Source of the DNA: an uncultured delta proteobacterium
GTDB taxonomy: Bacteria; Desulfobacterota; Binatia; HRBIN30; BPIQ01
Direction: 5' to 3'
Length of the DNA stretch: 64,000 bases
Assembly: GCA_963761335.1 (NCBI GenBank)
Contig: CAVXGR010000011.1
Location: forward strand, 160,001 to 224,000
The notes beneath the pieces are model-generated. The model was not told the origin of the DNA and ran no database searches. It saw only the letters and a list, made by a program, of their open reading frames with translations. Position numbers and translations under genes: made by a program. Numbering within the stretch: position 1 is the first letter of the stretch; each line of letters begins with the position of its first letter. Positions 37,916-46,217 of this stretch are shown here, piece after piece.

Positions 37916-38784
37916 GCGCCATCGAAGCTCAGTCCGCAGGAGTCTCGTCGCCGGGAGGTAGCCCCCCGGCGATGCCGGCCGGGAGCGAGTGGCCGCTGTG
38001 CTTCTCGGTGCTGGCGTACGGGGTCCGCATCGGCGTGCGCGTCAGCCATCCGGTGCTCGCGGAGAATCTGACCGGTCATCTGCCGCCTGGCTCGGAGCTG
38101 CTGGAGTTCTCGGACGCCGGCCGCGTGTACTCCCTCGTGGCGGAGCCGACAGAGGGATCGGTTGATCGCTGCTCGCTCTTCGTCGACAAAAGGGCCGTGG
38201 CCCGGCGAGTCTCGGTTCAAGCGGCCCTGCGGGCTTTTGAGGCCAATGTCCAGATCTACGTCGCCGAGATGTCGCCGGAGCGGGTTTTCGTGCACGCCGG
38301 CGTCGTCGGCTGGCGTGGACGGGCCATTCTGCTCCCGGGCCGCAGCTTCTGCGGGAAGACTACCCTGGTCGCCGCCCTGGTGCGGGCGGGGGCCGAGTAC
38401 TACTCCGACGAGTACGCCGCCATCGACTCGGCCGGCGGCGTGCATGCCTACCCGCGCCTTCTCTCGGTGCGGGAGGAAGGCGGCCCGGGGGTTCAAAAGT
38501 ATTCTGTCGAGGCCCTGGGCGGGCGCGCGGGAAGTGATCCAATCCCGGTGGGCCTGATCGTGATGAGCCGCTACAAACCGGGCAGCGAATGGCGGCCCGA
38601 CCGCTTGTCTCCGGGTCGAGGGATACTCGCCTTGCTCGCCAACACCGTGCCCGCACGTCGCACTCCGGAGGTCGTCATGCCGGCGCTCTACCGAGTCGTG
38701 TCGGAGGCAGCGGCGATTCGCAGTGACCGCGGCGAGGCGTGTAGCGTCGTCGCGCCGATTCTCGAGCTTGCAGAGCAGCAGTGA
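37912..38784 (+). CDS. HPr-kinase-related P-loop serine kinase
   Basis: VHAGVV, GRSFCGKTT (Walker A) and YYSDEY; ATGA-coupled to the GT10 gene. Confidence 0.8.
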   Translation: MSAIEAQSAGVSSPGGSPPAMPAGSEWPLCFSVLAYGVRIGVRVSHPVLAENLTGHLPPGSELLEFSDAGRVYSLVAEPTEGSVDRCSLFVDKRAVARRVSVQAALRAFEANVQIYVAEMSPERVFVHAGVVGWRGRAILLPGRSFCGKTTLVAALVRAGAEYYSDEYAAIDSAGGVHAYPRLLSVREEGGPGVQKYSVEALGGRAGSDPIPVGLIVMSRYKPGSEWRPDRLSPGRGILALLANTVPARRTPEVVMPALYRVVSEAAAIRSDRGEACSVVAPILELAEQQ

Positions 38785-38827
38785 CAGTGGACGACAGTGG
38801 ACGGAACGGAGCGAAGGGAGAACAACC

Positions 38828-39265
38828 ATGCAGCCGTACAGACCGAGGATCCGAACCAGCAGGCTCCTCCTTCAGAGGATAAAAGACGAGCTGTTGATCT
38901 ACGACCTGGAGCGCAATGAGGCGCATTGCCTCAACGGCATTGCCGCCGTGGTGTGGGATCTCTGCGACGGTGAGCGAACCGTCTCGGAGATCGCGCAGGT
39001 GGTCGCCCCCGATCTCCCCGCGGACGCCGCGGAGACTCTGGTGTGGTCTGCCCTGGACCAGTTCGCGGAGCGCCACCTGCTCGAGGAGGCGGAGACCGAG
39101 GATCCCCCGCACAGTCCATCCCTGAGAATGACGCGGCGGCAGATGATGGTTGGGCTCGGGCTGACGGTCGGACTGGCCCTCCCGATGGTGGAGTCGATCG
39201 TATCGCCTCCTGCCGCGCTGGCGATCTCGGGGTCAACCGGCGGCACCGGAATGACGGGCGGGTAA
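38828..39265 (+). CDS. PqqD/RRE domain fused to a twin-arginine leader-like segment and a short Gly/Ser/Thr core
   Basis: DELLIYDL..NEAHCLN..AAVVWDLCDG.RTVSEIA (PqqD), then MTRRQMMVGLGLTVGLALPMVESIVSPPAALA-ISGSTGGTGMTGG; AAGGGAG RBS. Confidence 0.85.
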   Translation: MQPYRPRIRTSRLLLQRIKDELLIYDLERNEAHCLNGIAAVVWDLCDGERTVSEIAQVVAPDLPADAAETLVWSALDQFAERHLLEEAETEDPPHSPSLRMTRRQMMVGLGLTVGLALPMVESIVSPPAALAISGSTGGTGMTGG

Positions 39266-39321
39266 GAAGTACCTCTCCGCTCCGGCATTTGCCGGGCGGG
39301 TGCGCGCCGTCTGAGAATTCT

Positions 39322-40477
39322 ATGGCACACCGCTTTTCGATCGTGGTCCTGGCGCGAAACGAGGCGCGGACGCTGCCGCGGTTGCTCAGCGATCTTGCGG
39401 CTTTTGTCGAAAGCGGCGGCGAGCTGCTGGTCGTCGACACCGGCAGCTCCGACGAGACGATCTCGATCGCGCGAGCCCACGGCTGCCGCGTGGAGGAGGT
39501 GGGCCCGCGATTCGACACGGTCCTCGACGGGTCCGCGGCAGCCGAGATCGAACGACGAATCGCCGCCCCGACGGAGGGCCCGCTCGTTGGGGCCGGCCAA
39601 CGGATGTTTCACTTCGGCGAGGCGCGCAATCATGCGGGGCAGCTGGCCCGCTGCGATTTCGTTCTGCAGCTCGACGCCAGTGATCGCGTTCCGGCCCTGG
39701 ACGTCGGCGCTCTCGACGGCTGGATCGCCTCGGGAGGCGTCGGCGCCTTCGAGTACGAACAGGAGTACGGCTCCATTGCGCTGCGGATCTCGCGCTTCTA
39801 CGACCGACGCCGCTACCGATGGGAAGGCCGCGTCCACGAGATTCTGGTCGCCAGAGCCGCGAATACAGTGCCGCCGCCACCACTTCGCCTCGACCCGCAG
39901 CAGATCCTCGTCCGCCATCACAAGCAGGAGGACAAGCCGCGAAATTACCTGGCCGGGTTGGCGCTCCAGGTATTGGAGTGGCCGCAGAGACCCCGATGGT
40001 GGCACTATCTCGGTCGCGAGCTCTTCTATCAGTGCTGGTACCGCTCGGCGATCGCCGTCCTCCAGGCGCACGCCGCCATGGAGAACGCCTGGGCGCCGGA
40101 GCGCTCGCAGAGCCTGAGCTTTGCGGGCGAGTGCTTCGAGGCTCTGGGACGCGCCGGCGAAGCGATGGAGGTCGTATCGGCGCGCATCAGCGCTCGATGC
40201 GACGCGCCGCGAGCCGCTGCTGCGCCTCGCTACATTTCATTGCCGGCGAGGCGAGTTCGAGATGGCGGCGCACCATGCGAGCGAGGCACTCGCCATTCCT
40301 CACACCTGCGCCTATCCCGAATTGGAGGCCAACTACGCCTGGCTGCCGCACTCCATTCTGTACTGGAGCCTGTTCTGGCTGGATCGGAAGGAGGACGCAC
40401 GGCGTCACTGGGAAGCGTTCCGATCCTCGGCGCCCCCCGAGAGCTGGCCAGAGGACCACGCGGGCTGTTCCCGCTGA
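39322..40477 (+). pseudogene. GT2-TPR glycosyltransferase, frameshifted near 40170
   Basis: ARNEA, VDTGSSDET, FGEARN, LDASD, WEGRVHE, YLGREL. The TPR region continues as SYRRASALDATRREPLLRLA in another frame; the end may extend to 40542. Confidence 0.78.
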
Positions 40478-40603
40478 CGGATGCGACGGCGCACCGAGCC
40501 GTTCCCGAGGCCGGCGCCGGCGGGGCCGGCCAGGTCTTGTAGGAACCGCCCTTCGCGCCGGTGATGTACTGATCGCAGATCCTGGCGCAGGTCTCTCGAT
40601 CGC

Positions 40604-43600
40604 TCAGCCTGCCGGCGGCGTTGCGGTTTCTGCCGCCTCGAGAGCCCGCCTCAAGCCGACCGCGAGGATTCTGACGTTCGGCTGCTGAAACATCCCCTCG
40701 TGCGAGGCCGGGACGTCGATGACCTCGACGCCGCGTTGGGCCAGCTCCTTCCAGCCCACCTCCGGATCGCGCAGGCTGAGCAGAGGTCGCGTTCGCGCTC
40801 TGAAGAGGATCACCCGACCGGGATAGGGCCGCGGCTGGTAGGAATTCAGGGCCGAGAGATTCGCCTCGACGAGGCGCTTTCGGTGCTCCGGCAGCTCGGC
40901 GCCGTAGTCGAGCAGCTGCGCCGCTTCCAAGCGCGGCTCGCGCCAGCTCAGCGCCCGGGCGATGCGGCTCGTCCCCGCGCGCAGCTTGCGGGCGACGCGA
41001 GCCTTGCGCCTTCCCGCCTCGAGCGCGACGAACTCTCGGGTCCAGGGCGGCAGATTTCGCAGGAAGCGGGCGACGGCTCTGGGCCCCCATGGAGCGCGAT
41101 GGCGGCGCTGATGGGCGGGGATGTGATCGAAGATGGCGAGAACCGCCACCTCCTCCCCCAGGTCGAAGAGCTGCTGCGCCACCTCCAGAGCCAGGGTTCC
41201 GCCGAGGCTCGCTCCGCCGAGGGCATAGGGACCCTGCGGCTGCACCCCGCGTATCTCGCCGACATAGCGCCGCGCCATCGCCTCGATACTCTCCAGAGGA
41301 GGCTCGCGGCCCGCAAGAGCGGGAGCCCGGATCCCGTAGAAGGGATGCCTCGGCCCCAACAGGCGCGCCAGCGGCCCATACCACAGAACGTCGCCGGTCA
41401 GGCCGTGGATACAGAAGAACGGGACACCGTCACCGCCTGGCTGAAGCGCGGTGAGGCATTTCGAGTCGGCTTCGTCGGCCTGCGCCAGCAAGGCCGAAAG
41501 GCCGCGGACGGTGCGCGCCTGAAGGAAGGCTTCCACCCCGAGCCGGGCTCCGAAGATCACCTCGATGCTCGTCACCAAGCGGACCGCCAGCAACGAGTCG
41601 CCTCCCGCCTCGAAGAAGTCGTCGTCGAGACCGAGATCCGGGCCACCGAAGAGCTCGCGCCAGAGGTCGAGGAGGCCGCCCGTGACGTCATTGACCAGCG
41701 GTGTTCCGGCGTCCGCGCGCCCGGCTCTCTCAGGGTCGCGGTCACCTCTCAAGATCGGATGGTCGATCTTGCCGCTCGGCGTCCTGGGGATCTCGTCGAC
41801 GAGCGAGACGCTGTGGGGAATCATGTGGGCTGGCAGGCGGTCGCGAAGGAATTCCCGCAGGTCGGCCACGGACAGCGGCCGCCGCACCACGACATGCGCG
41901 AACAGCTGTAGTCCCGAGTCATGAGCCGCGTCCTGCCGGGCCCCAGCCGCCGCCTGCACGACGTCGGGATGAGAGCGCAACGCCTCTTCGATTTCGGCCG
42001 GCTGGACTCGAAAACCTCTCACCTTGATCTGCCGGTCTCTGCGGCCCAGCCACTCGAAGGTGCCGTCGCCGCGCAGCACGCCGACATCCCCCGTGCGCAC
42101 GAGCCGCGCGCAGGGATCCGTCCCACGGGGGTCGGTGACGAACTTCTCCGCATCGATGCCCTTGTACCCGCGTGCGATGCGGGGCCCGCCGACGACGATC
42201 TCGCCGGGCGTATCCGCAGCGAGCGCCCGGAGATCATCGCTAGCGATACACACGTCTGTGCGGGGCAAGGGTCGGCCGATCGGAACCAAGCGCGACCATC
42301 GTTCTCCCTTCTCCGGGATCGGGTAAGCGCACACGGTGCCGCCCGCCTCCGTCAGGGAATAGAGGTTCCAGAGCTCCGTCTGGCTGCCGAACAATTCCCG
42401 CCAGGAATCGACGGTCCGCCAGGAAAGGGCCTCTCCGGTACTCAGGATCAAGCGCAGCCGGCCAGCGAGCAGAGTGCACCGCTTCGCCGCCGGCAGCGCC
42501 GACATCGTATCGCTGCACAGCTGCCAGAAGCTGGGGATCGTGTCCCAGACAGTCACGCCTGCCGCCCCCATCAGATCGAAGAGCGCCCGGGGGTCACGCC
42601 GCTGCTCGTCACTGGCGAGAACCGCCGTGGCTCCGAGGCTGAGGGGAAGAAGAAGCTGGCGGAGGGCGGCCGAGAACGCAAAAGAGGCCGAGTGGAGGCA
42701 GATGTCACTTTCGCGGATCGGGAGTGCGGTCGCCAGTGCCTCGAGATAGGCGGACAGGCCGCCATGGGTAATCTCGACGGCCTTCGGCTGCCCTGAGGAA
42801 CCTGACGTGTAAAGGACACAGGCCAGGCCGTCTCTGCTCCACCCATGATCGCAGGGTGCCGCGAATTCACTCGAGGAGCCGTCGACGCTGACCACCACGG
42901 GCGCCGCCACCGCCTTGCGCTCCAGCAGCGCGCCGTGGGTCACCACCACTTCGGCATCGGCCTCCTCGAGCAGCTCGGCCAGCCGCAGCGGCGGCAGGCC
43001 GGGATCGAGCGGCAAGACCGCCCCACCTGCCGCAAGAATACCGAGGAAACCGACGACCGCATCGAGAGAGCGCTCCATCACGTGCCCGACGACACTTCCG
43101 CGGGCCAGCCTCGCGGCGTGCAAGCGCGCCGCGAGGCCTTCGACCCGACGGCTCAGCTCGCCGTAGGTGAGCGCCGCATCTCCGAAGCGCAGCGCCTGCT
43201 TTCCCGAAACGCCGCCGGCCAGCAGAGTGATGCGCCGCTGGATTGGAATCCAATGCGCATCTTGCGGGGCTCGATCCGCCGGGCGAGTGCCGGACGGCGG
43301 CTCCACCGCGATCTCGATTTGCGGACGGCTCGGAGCGCGACCGGACCGAGCGCGGGGATCGTCCGGGAACAACAGCCGCGCCTCGCCGGAGGTGTTGATC
43401 TGGCCGAGCTGGTTCCGGCCTTCGAGCTTCAGCTGAACGACGACACCGTCGTTGGATCTCACCTTCTCCCTCACCGTGGCGACGTACCAGGTGGTGTCGC
43501 CGTAGAGGATCGGCTCCCGCAGCCCGATGCGCAGGCGCTGCAGAAAGCCGCCGTCGCCCATCCAGTTGGTCAGCATCACCGAGACCCAGGCGAAGCGCAT

Positions 43601-44446
43601 CGCCCCATTGTCGAACGGGGCCGGCATGCCCCGCCCCCGGGTGAGGTTGGCGTCCTCATGCTCTTGCGACTTTCTCACCGGCCAGCCGACGGTCGGCAGC
43701 ATCACCGCGGTGTGCGGCTCGGCGAGAGCGTCGCGATACCCGAGTCTGCCGGCTCGGTAGGACGGCCCGCTGGCCGCTTGCCAACAGATCAGGTCGCCGA
43801 CGGTGAGCGGGCCGCGCACGAAGGTCGGCAGCTGATCGCCGGCTTTCAGCCGCCCCAGGTCGGGGACGCCAGCGCCGGCGCGGGCCTCACCCAGGAGCGC
43901 ATCGCGGATTGCCGACAGCTCCGCCGCGGAATAGGCATACGTCAAGCGCTCGGCACGCGGTCCGGAACTGGCAATACGCGCCATCGTTCCCCGGCAGGTT
44001 CCCACCAGGGCGCCCAGCTGATTGCGGTACTCGGTGTCGGAGCAGACGAAGACTGTGCGCCGCCCGCCGCGGTCGCGCGACTCGAGGATCTCCCTCTGGC
44101 GGGCGGCCGCCGACAGTGTGTCGCCTTGGCGCACCGGGTGGCGCCACTCGAGCTCCATCTCGGCGATCAAGCTCGCCAGCGGAACCTCCATCGGTGCGCC
44201 GTGCAGGAAAGGATAGAGGACGGATATCAGGAAGCTGGGAGGTGCGACCGGGCCGCCGTACGGAGAGCGAGTGGCGTACTCAGGGTCGAGCCAGAGCGGA
44301 TTGTCGTCGCTGATACCGTCCGCGAAGTGGCGGATGGCGTCGCGCGACGCGAGCGTGTTCCACAGCCTGCGCTCCTCGATCAGCCGGCCGTTCAGAAGCT
44401 TGGAACGGCCGACGAATTCATCGATCAGAGCGTCCACGCTCGGCAT
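40604..44446 (-). CDS. NRPS-like enzyme: double hotdog (MaoC/FAS1-like dehydratase)-A-T-TE
   Basis: DAIRHFA.G..DDNPLW and HED...APFDNG hotdog motifs; LTYGEL, YTSGSSGQPK, RTGD, QIKVRGFR, SGKID (A domain); FFEAGGDSL (T); GASLGG...SH (TE). Alternative start at 44458. Confidence 0.88.
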   Translation of the reverse strand: MPSVDALIDEFVGRSKLLNGRLIEERRLWNTLASRDAIRHFADGISDDNPLWLDPEYATRSPYGGPVAPPSFLISVLYPFLHGAPMEVPLASLIAEMELEWRHPVRQGDTLSAAARQREILESRDRGGRRTVFVCSDTEYRNQLGALVGTCRGTMARIASSGPRAERLTYAYSAAELSAIRDALLGEARAGAGVPDLGRLKAGDQLPTFVRGPLTVGDLICWQAASGPSYRAGRLGYRDALAEPHTAVMLPTVGWPVRKSQEHEDANLTRGRGMPAPFDNGAMRFAWVSVMLTNWMGDGGFLQRLRIGLREPILYGDTTWYVATVREKVRSNDGVVVQLKLEGRNQLGQINTSGEARLLFPDDPRARSGRAPSRPQIEIAVEPPSGTRPADRAPQDAHWIPIQRRITLLAGGVSGKQALRFGDAALTYGELSRRVEGLAARLHAARLARGSVVGHVMERSLDAVVGFLGILAAGGAVLPLDPGLPPLRLAELLEEADAEVVVTHGALLERKAVAAPVVVSVDGSSSEFAAPCDHGWSRDGLACVLYTSGSSGQPKAVEITHGGLSAYLEALATALPIRESDICLHSASFAFSAALRQLLLPLSLGATAVLASDEQRRDPRALFDLMGAAGVTVWDTIPSFWQLCSDTMSALPAAKRCTLLAGRLRLILSTGEALSWRTVDSWRELFGSQTELWNLYSLTEAGGTVCAYPIPEKGERWSRLVPIGRPLPRTDVCIASDDLRALAADTPGEIVVGGPRIARGYKGIDAEKFVTDPRGTDPCARLVRTGDVGVLRGDGTFEWLGRRDRQIKVRGFRVQPAEIEEALRSHPDVVQAAAGARQDAAHDSGLQLFAHVVVRRPLSVADLREFLRDRLPAHMIPHSVSLVDEIPRTPSGKIDHPILRGDRDPERAGRADAGTPLVNDVTGGLLDLWRELFGGPDLGLDDDFFEAGGDSLLAVRLVTSIEVIFGARLGVEAFLQARTVRGLSALLAQADEADSKCLTALQPGGDGVPFFCIHGLTGDVLWYGPLARLLGPRHPFYGIRAPALAGREPPLESIEAMARRYVGEIRGVQPQGPYALGGASLGGTLALEVAQQLFDLGEEVAVLAIFDHIPAHQRRHRAPWGPRAVARFLRNLPPWTREFVALEAGRRKARVARKLRAGTSRIARALSWREPRLEAAQLLDYGAELPEHRKRLVEANLSALNSYQPRPYPGRVILFRARTRPLLSLRDPEVGWKELAQRGVEVIDVPASHEGMFQQPNVRILAVGLRRALEAAETATPPAG

Positions 44447-44539
44447 CCATACCCTCATCGCGCAGCGCTTGACAATTTCGTCGCACCGAGCCGCTCGATA
44501 CTCGGGGCGTCGGTGAGACGCCGCTTCGACGCAGTCGCC

Positions 44540-46162
44540 TCAGCCGTGCTGCTGGACCTCCCGCGCCTGCTCGGCATCGGGGGCCAGATCGCTGTGGCAG
44601 GCGTGCTTGCCCTCGACCACCGGGAGAACGCGACGCTGCTCCAGCAGCTCGCGGCCCTCGCCGCTCGCTCCGGGGCTCGGCATGGCGCGGCGCTGCGGCT
44701 GGAAGTCCGGATCCTTGCCGCTGGCGAACTGCGCGATCTCTTTGGAGATGCGCATGCTGCACCAGTCGTGACCGCACATGGCGCAGAAGTCCGTGTCGAC
44801 CTCGAGATCCTCGTCGTGGAGGGCGCGCGCCGTCTCGCCGTCGAAGGCCAGCTCGAACTGCTTCGGCCAGTTGAGGGCAGCGCGGGCGCGCGACAGGTCG
44901 TCGTCCCACTGGCGGGCGCCGGCGATGCCGCGGGCGATGTCGCCGGCGTGGGCGGCGATCTTGTAGGCGATGCAGCCGGCCTTGACGTCCTGCGCCTTCG
45001 GCAGGCCGACGTGCTCCTTGGGCGTGACGTAGCAGAGCATCGCCGCCCCGCTGCGCGCCGCCTCGGTGGCACCGATGGCGCTGGTGATGTGGTCGTAGCC
45101 GGGAAAGACGTCGGTGACCAGCGGCCCGAGCACGTAGAACGGCGCGTCGTCGCAGACGCGCTGCTCGAGCTGCATGTTGAAGGCAATCTGGTCCAGCGGC
45201 ACATGCCCGGGGCCCTCGACCATGACCTGCACGCCGGCGTCGCGGGCGCGGTGCACCAGCTCTCCCAGCGTCTGCAGCTCGGCGAGCTGCGCGGCATCGG
45301 AGGCATCGGCGAGGCAGCCCGGGCGCAGGCCGTCACCGAGCGAGTAGGTGACGTCGTACTGGCGCATGATGGCGCTGATCTCGTCGAACAGCTCGTACAT
45401 GGGATTCTGCCTGCCGTGGTGGATCATCCACTTGGCGAGCAACGAGCCGCCGCGGGAGACGATGCCGGTGACGCGGCCACCGATCAGCGGCAGGTGGGCG
45501 CGCAGAACACCCGCGTGGATGGTAAAGTAATCGACACCCTGCTGCGCCTGTCGCTCGATCTCCGCGAGAATGATGTCGTAGGACAGGTCTTCGATCCGGC
45601 GGCCGATGATCATGCTGTAGATCGGCACGGTGCCGATGGGGATGGTGCTGTTGTCGATGATCGCCTGGCGGCATTCCTCCAGGTGGCCGCCGGTGGAGAG
45701 ATCCATCAGCGTGTCGGCGCCGTACTTCTGCGCCCAGCGCAGCTTCTCGACCTCCTCTCGCGTGTCGCTGCTCACCGGGGAGGCGCCGATGTTGGCGTTG
45801 ATCTTGGTGGTGATCATGCGGCCGATCCCGGTCGGGTCGAGTCGCTTGGGCGCCTTCTCGCCGCGCAGCAGATCGGCGTCGCTGATCGACTGCCAGCGCT
45901 GCGTCGCCGTCTGGTTGACCCAGTGACGCGCGCCCGGCCGCGCCCCGGGATGGCCGACCGGCGCCGGAGTCGCGCCGTCGCCGTCAAGGCGCAACGGCGG
46001 CGCGCCGCCGCTGCCGGCGAGGTGCCGCTGATTCGCGGGAATCACCAGGCGGCCGCGCGCCACCTCGTCGCGGATGAAATCCGGCGAGACGCCTTCGCGC
46101 TCGGCAACGCGTCTCATCTCTGCGGTGGTCACGCCTCGGCGGGCGGATTCGAGCTGGGTCAT
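44540..46162 (-). CDS. thiC: Phosphomethylpyrimidine synthase ThiC
   Basis: [34 protein letters not shown] and CAMCGHDWC motifs. Confidence 0.96.
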   Translation of the reverse strand: MTQLESARRGVTTAEMRRVAEREGVSPDFIRDEVARGRLVIPANQRHLAGSGGAPPLRLDGDGATPAPVGHPGARPGARHWVNQTATQRWQSISDADLLRGEKAPKRLDPTGIGRMITTKINANIGASPVSSDTREEVEKLRWAQKYGADTLMDLSTGGHLEECRQAIIDNSTIPIGTVPIYSMIIGRRIEDLSYDIILAEIERQAQQGVDYFTIHAGVLRAHLPLIGGRVTGIVSRGGSLLAKWMIHHGRQNPMYELFDEISAIMRQYDVTYSLGDGLRPGCLADASDAAQLAELQTLGELVHRARDAGVQVMVEGPGHVPLDQIAFNMQLEQRVCDDAPFYVLGPLVTDVFPGYDHITSAIGATEAARSGAAMLCYVTPKEHVGLPKAQDVKAGCIAYKIAAHAGDIARGIAGARQWDDDLSRARAALNWPKQFELAFDGETARALHDEDLEVDTDFCAMCGHDWCSMRISKEIAQFASGKDPDFQPQRRAMPSPGASGEGRELLEQRRVLPVVEGKHACHSDLAPDAEQAREVQQHG

Positions 46163-46217
46163 GTCATCGACACCTCGGCTTGACGTCAGCCCACCGTACG
46201 CCGGGCGGGAAAGCGGA

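Noticed and set aside
37912..39265. Lasso peptide or PQQ biosynthesis cluster
   Set aside because: No asparagine-synthetase-like cyclase, B2 protease or PqqB/C/E genes, and the core lacks an Asp/Glu acceptor or ExxxY motif.
46163..46217. TPP riboswitch upstream of thiC
   Set aside because: The spacer is only 55 bp and lacks the CUGAGA core.
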